From: Podarcis pityusensis
Lineage: Eukaryota
Length of the DNA: 64,000 bases
Reading direction: 5' to 3' (one strand)
Assembly (NCBI GenBank): GCA_964106645.2
Contig: OZ067048.1
The notes below the pieces were generated by a model. That model worked only from the letters and a program-made list of their open reading frames with translations. It was not told the origin of the DNA and searched no databases. A program made the translations under genes and the position numbers. Positions 38,749 through 50,700 of the stretch are shown here, in pieces. How positions within the stretch are numbered: the stretch's first letter is position 1; each line of letters begins with the position of its first letter.

Positions 38749-41299
38749 AGGCAATATCGTCCTGATGCTAGGGAAAAAATCTTTTTTAAAAGAAAAATAA
38801 TAATACAGTCGGTTCATATTTTCTACTGAGTTTCTAGCGGGAAAGGCAGGCAGCCAGAACCAGCCCTGATAATTCTGGCAGATTTTCAAGTTTGCCAAGT
38901 GGCTACTACACCTTTCGGAACCTGACAAGTTTTTGCCTTCTTCTTCCTTTTTTTTTTTTTAACTAGTCAGTTGGTGCCTTGACGAGGCCTCCCTGCGGGG
39001 GTGGGAGGGAGGAATTGGGGAAAGATGAGGGCTCACAAGTGGAAACCAATAAAACTCTTGTTTAAAAGGGCTCGCTCAGGATCCACGCCGTTCCGGGGCT
39101 CTTTGACTCGGGGAGCCGGAGAGTTTTATTCCTAAATGAGTTAAAGAGCCATTTACCTCTGTCGTGTTCTATTCATCAAGCCGCGAGCCCTCGAACACGG
39201 CGGCTATTTGTTTGCTTACACAACCAGCTGGGCGCAATTTCACGTCTGAGATATCTATCTGAAAGCGCCTCTAATTTATTATCCTTACTTGTCAGCGAAT
39301 CCATTTTCAAAGTTGGGTTGTGTGGCTTTTAAAAGAGAGAGAGAGAGAGAAGAAACCATTGAGGATTCTGGACTTAAAATATGCTCCCTTAATGCCCTCC
39401 TCCCAATTTTTTCTCTCCCCACCCCGCGAGCATATCGCATAGAAGAGTCAGCACAAAACAGCTGGAAAGGAAGGAGAAATTTGCAGAGAAGCTGGAAGGA
39501 AGGCAAGGTGACTCTCTCTCTCCAGAACTGCCTCTCTTCCGAGCCGCGTCACGTTCTCCGCTCCCCTCTCGCCTTCCACCCACTCTGAGGCTTGGAAGTT
39601 GGCGGAAGCGCCTCCAAGGACTTCAGCCAGACTCTCATCCTCTTTTACCCCGCTGCCTTCCATGGCAGCCCCTTCCCGCGGAGACGGCAATCGCGAGCAC
39701 TCCGAATGATCTCTGTTGAGCTCGTTGGAGATGGCTTTGCCAGTCATTCTGCCTACAACTTAGGGCTTCAAACGCGCACCTAGCGTTGCACCCTTGTCAA
39801 GGTTGCAGAAACAAGTGGAATAAATTGGGCTGGGCTTCTCCAGTGGGCCATGCTGGCAGAACGAGTAAAGGAAGGAGCGACTTGCTAGATCGACTAGGGG
39901 CGTCTGCATGGGCACCTTTGTTCCTCTGGTGCCAAGGGCAGCCACCTGTAGAGGGAGCCAAGGGAGATGAACGTGAATGGGGAGTAGGACTGGCAGATGA
40001 GCTGCCTTGAGGGTCCCCATCCTTTGTCTGGTCATGCCGGAGCAATTCGGTGTTGGGTCAAATTTCTGGGTATGGTGAATTTCACCGGAAGGCCCCGATC
40101 TGGTTGGCTGCCATACATTTGAAAATAAGTGTTGGCCGCCTTGCTCAGAAGCACATCCTGCTAAATGCCGTGAGATCTACTCCCAAGTAAGTCTGAGATG
40201 CACTGCAGCCCTAAGGACCGACGCATATTCTAAGAAGGGGGTGGGATGCATTTTGCCTGTGTGGGGTGGGGGGGAGATGGCTGGTCTCTTCTCTCCCCAC
40301 CCCCAACCCCCCTCAAGTGGTTTGCATTAGAATCACAAAGCCATAACATGGAAAGGAGCAAATCGGTTTATACATATAATTGCAAGGAAAGAAAGCAATT
40401 AACAGAGAGGACAGTGGGAAATTAGATCTCCTCCCCACCCCCATTACAAAAAAGGGATAGCGTTGAGCAGCCTTTAAGCAGCCCAGCCAGGCTGACAAGC
40501 GAATCCCTGGAAGAAACAGCAAGCGGGGTTGTACAATCGTGTATCTATAACCTCTTGGCTGCAGAGCCCACCATCAAGCTTCAAACAGAGGATCCCGTTG
40601 AAAACTACGGGGTGTAAAACGGGCCCCGGTTGTTGTGGAAAGCGGAGGAGAGGGCAAGAGGCAGAGCGAACTTCCTGAAGGCAGAGCAGCTTGGCTGCCG
40701 GGAGATATCCTTGTGTGTTGATTTAGGAAGACATTTGCTGTATATAACGTTTAAGGTTGATAATATCATTGCTCGGGCAGATAAATAAAGCACTGGCCAA
40801 ACCGTGGGGTCAGCTATCGATCCCTCTGTTTAGAGAAGGAGGTAGGAACCTCTCTCTCTCCCCCCCCCTCTTTCTTTCTCTCCCTCCCCCGCCCCCTCTC
40901 TGTGTGTCAGAGCAAAAAAAAGACCGAAGCTCGGATAGCTATGGAGGAGTGAACAATTACAACATGTTAATTTGTGATTCGGTCTCGCCGGTGGAGCCCA
41001 AAGAGCCACCCTGTCTGGAACAGTCATAACCAGTTAGAGGAAAAACCCTTGGGATTCCAGCCGATGCGAGCCGTTTGCTGGAGTGGCACTCAAACTGCTT
41101 CCACGCAAACCTTTCCTATGTCACCCCAGGGGGAGAAGAACGAGGAATAAAGCCCGAGTAGCATTGTATGTGCGTATGTTGTGTATGTTTAAGGATTGTG
41201 TTTCTTGAGTACATAAAGATCCAGGGATGGGTGTGTAGCTGGTGGACGTGAGTGCAAAAAACCAAGCAAGTGCCCTGGGATTGAGAGCGAAACAACCGT

Positions 41300-41300
<1 letters not shown>

Positions 41301-41352
<52 letters not shown>
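41301..41352. repeat. (GA)n microsatellite
   Basis: Direct read. Confidence 0.95.
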
Positions 41353-41356
<4 letters not shown>

Positions 41357-43956
41357 GTGACTATGCGAGAGATCTGCAGCCTTTAGCCCCTCTGCAATGG
41401 CTGATTAGCATTCCTCGCCTGCCCCTGGACCTGAGCTGACAACTAACAGAGATATCCAGCTCACCACTAGGCCTCCTCTCCTTTTGTCTTCAGCTGTCTA
41501 GGAGAGAAACAGGCTTCTCCGCGGGCCCCGCACACACTAAACGGCCCCCTGATCCTGGGGCTGCCGAGGATCCCACCCAGTCCAGTCAAATCGCCTCAAC
41601 GTCAGACCCGCCCCCGCTCCTTCGCCTCCCCGCTTGCGCCAGCTGCCCCCGCCTCTGCCCAGCCTGCGCCTGCTTTCCAGATCTGCGCCAAAGGCTGGGA
41701 AAGTTAACTTGCTGCGACTTTCCTGACGCGTATGCGGCCAGAGAGGACGTCTCCGCATCGCACACCGGCCTTTCTCCCCCTCTGTCTCTCTTTTTGAAGC
41801 TTTTAATGTGATCGTATTCCAAGAGAGGAAAGAGGAGGATCTTATTATTTCGCTGCAAGATAAAACCTTATTGTTAAGAAGGTTGCGGTGGGCTGGGGGC
41901 TGGGGGGGGGGCAACAGCATCTCATGTCACTGTGTTTCTTTTGGCCTTTGTCGCTGTGCCATTGAGACACGTTTATATCCCCCCCATCTCGAAACGGTTT
42001 ATAAAGAGCTGAGAAAGGGGAGCGGCTGAGAGGAGGACTGTGGCCTAGGGTGGAGAGGGGAGAGGGGAGAGGGGGCTTTAATCCGAAGGCCAGAAAGACC
42101 TTTCAGGTCAAACTTCCCCGTTTGGTTTGGTCTTAGATCCATTTTAGGAACTTTCTAGGATTAAACACTCACATAAAAGCGGGGTGGGAGGGGTAGGGGG
42201 CGGGAGGTTAGAGACAAAGATCCCTGCATCGACCAACACAGACCCTCACAAAACTAGTCAGTTTCTCCTCGCAGCAAAAGCTTACAAATTAGCTCATGTT
42301 GACAGATGTTTGTCACTTAGTAACTTCTCTCCCAGTCCCCCCCCCCGCACTATTTCCCCTCTTCTCTCGCTCTATCGCCCCCCCATCCCTTCTTTGGGGG
42401 CTCGCTTTGTTGTTTTTAAAATATGCAGGCCTCTCAGGAATGCCAGTCACGAGTCCAAACTTTGTGTCCAGCCTCCCTCGCGAAATGACCCTTTTATAGG
42501 GATCCCGATATGTCTCAATCTGCACTTCGCTCGGAGGCCGGGCTCCCTGCTCCCAAGCGCGGCAGCAGAAGCGCGCGGCTACCTCAGCAGGGAGGCCAGC
42601 AGACGCGTCCCCAGGAAGATGCTCTCCAGGGGATGGGATGGGATGGAACTGCAGCCCTCCTTCTTGCAGAAGGTGCCAAAGGACAGCGGAGCCTGGGAAA
42701 AAGAAGGGAGGGGGCAGGGAGAGAGGGGGCAAATGAAGGAGAGAGAAAGTTTTATTTCTCTTCTGATCGCTATGATTGGCCTATGACTACCCGAGCAAGC
42801 CTTTGCAGCCCAGGCTGAGTGGCCTGGGAAGGCAGTGCTTGAGGAAAGGAAGAGAAGAAGGAACAGCCGAAGGAAAGGCTCCGCTTTCAAAGTAAGTGGT
42901 TAATGGGATACTGATCAGGGGTGGCTGGGGCGGGTGGGGGGGTCCTGGCTGTGAGCGATTTGCGAGCCAGCTAGGGCCGCGCACCCTCAGCTCAGAGGGA
43001 TGCTTTGCAAGACGGAGGAGGGCCAAGTGGGGAAGGAGGCGGGTCTGACACCAGCGACCCTTCTGACAGAAATATGGGGCCAAAGGAAGGCGGTGAGGGT
43101 GAGAGATGCGGTGACAAGTCAGATGAGAACCCTCCTGTGCGCAAGGGAGAGGGAGAGAGAGATGCAGGTCATCTGCTACAGGTCTCTGCGTGGGTCAGGT
43201 TCACCCGGAAGGGTTTGTTTAATACATTTTCTCTCTCCCCCCCCCATTCCCACCACCTGTTTTCCCTCCTTTTTGCCGCGTGCTCTTAAATCGAGCTATG
43301 CATTGCAGTGGGGGGGGGGTAATAGATACCCCAGCTTAAACAAGGATGGAGGGAACGGAGAGATAAGCGCAAAGGGCTAATTTCCGATGATTATTATTGA
43401 GTTGTTACTCTTGCTGCTGCTGCTGTTCCAAGCAAAACTTCCCAACTGTAGAGCCCAGCAGGCAAGAAGCTTCTCTCTCTGCCTCCCCCGCGCCCTCCCC
43501 CGCGCTCCCGGTTCCTCTCCTGCGCGATGGGGAGTGACGTCAGCCGGCCCCCGACCTATCCGTCTCCGCGACCAAGGGAAGGGGGTGGAGCTCTTCCCTC
43601 GCTCCCTCCTGCGCTTGGGACCACCTCCCAGCAGCAGGAGGCGAAGCGGCGCTTGGCGCGCGTGGAGAGGTTCCTCGGGCTGCTCCGGGGCGGCAACTCG
43701 CTTGCTTGCTTGCTCGGCGGGTCCCGAGATCACCAGCCTCAGACCATCGTCCAAGTTTAGCTATAGGCCGGGGAGCCAAAGGGAGGGGGGAGCCTGCAGG
43801 CCCCGTGCGCTTCTAGGAAGCTGCGGATGGCTCCGTTCGCTGCCGTCTCCACCGCTTCTCTTGCGCACCAGATGGCTTGCCATTGTGTTGCCCCAGCCGG
43901 CGAGATCCTGCATTTAAAAAGGAAAAAAAAGAGGGGAGCGGGGAGGAAGAGGACAG

Positions 43957-44014
43957 AGAGAAAGAGAAAGAGAAAGAGAAAGAGAAAGAGAAAGAGAAAG
44001 AGAAAGAGAAAGAG
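43957..44014. repeat. (AAAGAG)n hexanucleotide repeat
   Basis: Direct read. Confidence 0.9.
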
Positions 44015-46293
44015 AGAGTCCTGTTATTATTTTTGTAACAATCACACCAGACCATTTTGACTACCATTTTGACAGACGACCATGGTCCCCCCCCCCCCCC
44101 AGTTTTGAACCATAAAGAGACATATATATTTAAAAGCAACACTGGCCACAACCCTCGCTCATAGCTCCTTCCACATGGGGTGTGGGGATATGTCGGGCAA
44201 GGAATCTGGATGCGTCCCCGGGGATCTAAGGGTGCAGTCCTAACCTTTCCAAGCCGCAGGGAACTTGGACCGGTGGGAATTAACTTCAGTAGGAGGCCAA
44301 CTGGCTGGCTAGAGAGCCCCCACCCCCGCCTCCCCTCCCGGCCCGCCCCTCCTCCGCGGACTCCAATGGCATTTATTTCTCACTCAGGATTATCGCCTAA
44401 TAGTCAGAAGCACAGACGTGCGCATAAAAAAAAAATCCAGGCATGTTTATTCATTCTATTTGATCAATCTCTGGGTGTCTGTTTATTAAACTTCCACCGA
44501 TTTTACGTTTGGTGTTTCCTGATGGCAAACATTGTCGAATGATAAATATTGCATACAGTTAATTGTGATGCCAGGGAAAGCTCGGCTCCGGGTTTGTGTG
44601 GCGGTGCCGTCGCTGTCTCAAGCCCTCCCATGTCTTCTGCTCCCCGTGTAACTCAGGGCAAACAAGAACCTTTCTCAAACATATTAGTTAATGGGGCGAA
44701 AAGAGGAGCGGGGGAGGGAGCGAGAAAACGATGGGAACCCTCAGACTTGATCCCTCAGCTTGGAAGGGAAGGGAGGCTGCCTGGAGAGAATGGGGATGTG
44801 AAAACAGCTAAAAAAGGGGGGTGCTCTGAAGTAAAGCATTTCTTGTCCAGGAATCACTTCCATTGGTTTTTGGGGGGAGGTGTCCCTCCCCCTAAAACAG
44901 GGGGGAGTGACCTAGAACACTGTTTTCTCTGTGTCTGTGGGGAGCTGGCAATCATATTTGGCACCTCCTCTTATTTTATTATTCTTTTTTACTTATTTCA
45001 CTGAAAATACACGCCTGTTTGGCCAGGCCCCCAGAAAGGCTCTTTCTATCTTGAAAAATATCCACAGGCCGTTTCTTTTTCCGGCGCGGCTGCAGGTGTG
45101 CTCTCTTTCCGCATCCATCCCCAAGTCCCCAAGACCCTTTCCCCCTCCTCCCATTTTTATTGCAACTCTTTCCCTAATTTAATTTTGTTGTTGTTACGGA
45201 AAAAAAAGGGAAAGAAACCCAGATGTGTGTGGGGTTTTTATGGCTCGAGCCTCGTCTCGGCTGGTGCTGCGAAGGCTCTAATGCGCCCGGGCTACTAGTC
45301 ACTGAGCAAAGCGCAGGGCGCCGTTGGCTCCTTTCCAACAGAGTTGGTCATAAAACAAGATGTGGGGAGAAGGGAGGGTGGAATTAACATCTGCTTTTCT
45401 AAACTCAAATATGTCAAGGAGCTTTTTTATTATGATGATCATGAATGCTTTCCTCATTTGAAGAAGAAATATGTAGAGATAAACTGACATCCACATGTAT
45501 AGAGTATTTATAATGGTGTTAGGATTTAAAGGTAGCTATTCATTGCATAAGCCATTTAGAACTGACGTTTTAAAAGCTACTTAACCTCATACATCCTTGA
45601 ATCTTAGCGAAGGATTCCAAACGATATTATTTAAAAAGGAATTTGCTGTAATTTAATTGCATATCAAGGCGGAACGAGGCGCGAGCTTTGCACCTTCTGC
45701 GCTGTTTAATAGCGTTTTAACTGGCGTTTTATTCGCCCACGTTCTCGGCTGCCCTCGCCTTTCCTTGGGAAGGGGCCGCGCGGGTCCCAAGTTAGTGGTC
45801 TCTCTCTGTGAGTGTCTGTGAGTGTGTGCGCGTGTGTGTGCGCGTGTGCGCGTGTTTGTTCACCATTTGCAACGGGTAGTCATCTTTGCGTCTGGAGCTT
45901 TGCCCTCTTAGGGGACACAGTTAGTACCTCGGTTCATTAGTGCCTATTTATTATTGCTGCAAAGAGAAAATAACATGTCAGATTCTGTGGGTGAATCGAC
46001 CGTTTGCCCCCACCCTCAGATCGTTCCTCTCACCTTTCCCCCCCAAACCTGCCCACAATTCGGTAATGCCGGCATTTATTCAATCTGCCATCCACTTGAA
46101 TTTCCGGGGGCCCAGGGCGCCTGACATCCCAGTCCGATGCCCTTTTATTTACATTTCTCAGAATCCCGGAATCGAGTCAGAGGTGTCTCTGAGTGGGGTG
46201 GGAAATCAGCTGGCAGGGAACTACTGCGGCTTAATCTGGGCGAGGATCGAGCCGGGGAGGGGGGGCTGACGTTCTCTCAATAGTACCTCGGAG

Positions 46294-46296
<3 letters not shown>

Positions 46297-46341
<45 letters not shown>
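46297..46341. repeat. (AG)n microsatellite
   Basis: Direct read. Confidence 0.95.
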
Positions 46342-46345
<4 letters not shown>

Positions 46346-47912
46346 GGCCCCTGGCTTATTGGAGGCGGCGGTGTAAGGCATGCACCCTCAACAAGGTTAT
46401 GTATTTCTCTCCATCCGCTTGGAAAGAACGTGTGCATTTGGATCAGAGATCGCTGGGATGAGGGGGCAGCTGGTGACGCCCATCATGCCAGAGCAGTGCC
46501 GCGGGTGCCCCTTGCAAAATGGCTCTCCCTTGAATACAGGCCGCCTGTGCACGGTTCCTTGGGATTAAGCCTCATGAAATTGGGAGGCAGGCGGGCTGGC
46601 TTGCTTGTGAGTAAAGGAGGGCAGCAGTAGAGATCTTGCTTTGAACCATTTCTCCGTTTGCCTGGTAGAGTGGCTACTCCAACTCTAAAAATATCCCCAG
46701 CACACGCACACACACGTATGGCAGCAGCTAGTTCGTAGTCTTTGCTGGCTCCTATGAAGCTGGTTGAGGCCCCTGAGCCATCTGTAGCCCGAGCCTCCTC
46801 GAAGAGGAATCCAAGCCTTCGGACTTGAAGAGGGCTTAATTCCCTCTGGTTCACCACTGTGGCATAACTGGGTAGATAAAAAAAGGGGGGAAAGAAAAGA
46901 TCCATCCTAATTCGAATCCATAGAACGTCGGTTCGATTTGAAAACGTCTCCATGCAGTTTTCTAATCCACAAAAAGGTATACTGGGGCATTCCATCCTTT
47001 CTTTAGGATGACAGATTGAATTAAGAAAAATCATCCCACTCCCCAAAAGACTAATTCACCACCAATCCTAGGCCCTCCATTTCTTTGGGGCATGGCTTCA
47101 GTGAGGGGTGGGGGAGCCCAGGGGTCCGTACGGCTCTCCAGGAGCCCCGGGGTCTATCCCGTCGGGGACCAGGGGACGTAGCCCGGCTTATGATCTTCTA
47201 CTGAAGGCAGCGGCGACGGCCTGAGCCTAGCTGGACGGGGATCTTGTGCCCTGAAGGGAGGGGGGCATGAGGGAGGGAGAGGGGAGAAAGGCTGTCGATC
47301 TGTGAGGGCAGAGGAGAGAGATTAAAGAAATGGCCCTTAGTTCTCTGAGTGACACGGCCCCATTCAAAGGGCAAGCAGAAAGAAATGCTGCTAATATGAA
47401 TAGAGGGATGCTCAAGAGCCTTGCCCCCTTTTCTTCTTTGGCTCCACTTCGGGTCGGATCCTGGGTGCATTCTTAGAGCCGTGTATACGCTATCTGGGCA
47501 CACGCACGCGCGAATGGCAAAAAAGGTCTTATCGATTCGAGTTCGATATTGATTCGAGATCGATCTAGACCGATGTAGCTGACTGACCCTACTACCCTCT
47601 TTCTGGCTCGGTAAGATACTCTTCCAAATAAACGCTTTGGGTTTCTTTCGCCGGTCTGGACAACAAGTGGGAAAGGCGGGTGGAGCGGCTCTCGGAGCCC
47701 GGGGGGTCTGGCCTGAAAGGTAGTGCATTTATGGGAGACTCTCTACAAAGAATTGCTCCGACTGATGAGGATAGCAACCCCCACCCTTCCTTACATCTTC
47801 ACTTTTGCCTTGCAAAGGGACAGTCCTCAGTTGACATCTCCAAAGTGATTATTAGACGCCTCTGTGATAAATCAGGTTGGGGGGTGAGTAGGGGAGTCGG
47901 AATAAGGCCAGG

Positions 47913-47914
<2 letters not shown>

Positions 47915-47961
<47 letters not shown>
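47915..47961. repeat. (AC)n microsatellite
   Basis: Direct read. Confidence 0.95.
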
Positions 47962-47963
<2 letters not shown>

Positions 47964-48671
47964 GTCTGGCTAACGCTGTATGACTGCCCGATAGCCCTTT
48001 CCAATTTTTCCACCAACACCCCTGAAATAGCACATTGCTTCAACAACCTCTCTTGTTTCTCTCTCTCTCTGTGTGTGCTCAAAAAAAAAAAAAATCTTTA
48101 AAATTCCTGTCCACGGATTTCCCTCTCCTGCCTCTCTTTCTCATCCCCTCTAGCTTCAGCCCCACCCCACCCCAAAGAGCCTCGGAGCCCTTCTTCCCTG
48201 ATAAGTTGTAAGAACTTTGCTTTCAAGAGTGTGAAATGAAGAACACAGACAGTATATCAGTGAAAAGAATAAAGTGGCCTTTTAATGAGAACTAAAGACA
48301 ACAAAAACGTAGATGAAGTGTACCGTAAAGACTGTTTCAAAGTGCAGCTCAATCCCCTGAGAGCAACCATCCCATAGGCTGGGTAATTGGGACTTTACTG
48401 CGCAGAGGTAAGTCAGAGTGGTAGGATTATTTTTATTTTGCTTTGTTTGTTTTGTTGCATTATATTTTTGCTTCTCAGTAATGGATCTGTTGCAAAAGAG
48501 TTTGTGCAAAGAGCTTCAGGCCTTCTAGCAGATGAAGTGTCTTGTGTCTCTTAAAACAAATCACTCGAACATTCTAATTTGTGAAAATTAGTATTTTCCT
48601 GCTCTTCCGCCCTGCTCCCTTTTCCCAAAGCCCGGGACCTGCGAGGTGCGCCTATATTTCTTCAAGTCAGC

Positions 48672-48702
<31 letters not shown>

Positions 48703-50683
48703 TCCGTAATTTCCCCGCTTTCCACAGCCTTCTCTCCACTCACCCCTTCCTCAACAAACCAGGTAACAAGAGCAATAAATCCAAGCAGGGGGGAAATAAG
48801 ACAGATTTCCTCATTGATGTGTAATAAAGTTAAAGGACATTGTTTTGTCAGACAAGCGCTAAGCAGAAAATAAATCTTAGGGTCTGGGGAAACAAAACGG
48901 AATGATGTTGGCGTGTGTGTAAATTTACTTTTAAACGCAATAAATCAATGTTCATTTAAACAGCTGGGGAACCCCACCACGGAGCAGGTTTCATGGGTAA
49001 GAAAATCTGGACGAGAACAGGCGATAGAGATGAAACCACCCAAAGAGAGCAGCCTTCTCCCTGCCCTACATACACCCCGCTCCCCCAATATAGTTCTCCT
49101 TTTTTCCAAGGAACTTCAAGAGCTGGACAGAGCCCAAAGGCCACCCTTCTGCCCCGTATTTCCCACGGATCTCACAGAACGGAAAGCTCAGACCTCGGAA
49201 AAAAAGAAACTAGAGGAGGAAGGGGGAAGACCACCCTCTTTTTCCTACAGGGAGTTAGGCAAGCAAACACTAGAGCTGGTGGATCGGACCCTTGTGGTTG
49301 TTACGACGGACACGTTCTGAGACCCCTGTTAGTTTCAAGCCATGTTAATCTCAAGGAACTGAATGGCCGGGGAGAGGTGGGGGGGGGAGGTTTTTTTGGG
49401 AAGGATGCAAGGTTAGCTGAGATGTTGAATACTGGGCTTCTAAAAGGGGAATGTCGAAAGATGCTTGGCCAGTTGAAAGGCGAGTGGGCGCCAGAAGCCT
49501 GTTCTGAAGGGTGGGCGCATCTGGAGACAATCTTTCACAGCCCAGACACTTCACAACAACATCACAAGAGCGACGGGTGACATTTGGGCTTCTGATACTC
49601 CGCAGGAACATTTCTCGAGCAGGTGGCAATAAAGAGCTGTGAAGGCAAAGGTGCGCCTTATTTGTCTTAGTCGCCTCTTCCTAACCCGCGACGATTTCCA
49701 CGAAGCCTCGATAATGACTCTCCCTTTATTAGAGAGCCTTCCGCGTGCTTGCAGAGTGGCAACAATTTCTCTTCCTCACAGTCATTTGGTGTCTTTGTTT
49801 AATTTTGCAGAACTAATGTAAACATGGCTTGCAAATACCCAGAGGTGGATTATTTGGTTTATTCTCTCTGCTCCCCCCCCACACCCTTTCCTCTCTCCCT
49901 CCACCATCCTTTTTTTAAAAAAGAAAGAAAGCCGCAGAAGATTAATCGAACAGCAAAGATTACGAGAATGGAATATGCCCTGCCTTTGTTTTGTAGTCCT
50001 TCGAAAGCCATGCAAATACACATCGAAGGGCGTTGCTTCCCTTGAGCGACGTGGCCACCGCCTGGCATCTTAAGTTTGTGAAAATATATTACATCTATTT
50101 CACGGAGCGTTTAAACGCCTGCATTTCACCGGACCAGCAAAGCAACCAAGCAGCCACCAACCACCTTGGCTATACTGGGGTGTGGTGGAGATGCAAGGAT
50201 AGAACAGTCAGGGGACCTGGTGACTTTTGTCCTTTCTGTACTGCTCAATTGACTTCTCTCACTCTTTCCCCATCCCTAAAAACGAGAGCTGGAGATAACG
50301 AGCAGAGAAAAAGTTATTAAGCGCCTGGCAGGTGCGTGTACCTCGGTTGTATACATCCCAGGGACCAGATAGTGCTAGTAATATCTGACCTTGATTAAGG
50401 GAAACCTGCCTGTCCTAATACTCAGAAGCGAAGCGCAAACGACACGGAGCCGAGTTGCTCTTTCAGAAGCAGGGAGGGAAAGGGCAGAGCCCTGCGAAAC
50501 ACTGAACGGAGTGCGGATTGTCTGCTGGGGGGGAGGGGGGAGCTCTGCTCAGGTGAAACTGACGAGGCAGTGTAAGTTTCCTGCTCAGTCTCTCTCTCTC
50601 GCTTCTCTCTCTCTCCCCCCCCCTCTTTTTCTATGACTGCCCGAAGGGCCTCGCCGATTCCTCGCCTTTGATTCTCCGTTTGT

Positions 50684-50700
50684 TTGCTAGATGGCGCTGT
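50684..50700 (+). promoter_or_regulatory. CTCF-like motif downstream of NR2F1
   Basis: TTGCTAGATGGCGCTG. Confidence 0.45.

Noticed and set aside
43827-44060. KR-repeat basic protein ORF
   Set aside because: It is the translation of the (AAAGAG)n microsatellite.
50386-50394. Isolated TGACCTTGA (SF1/ERR-type) sites here and at 379
   Set aside because: A 9-mer is expected about 0.5 times by chance in 64 kb on two strands; no supporting context.
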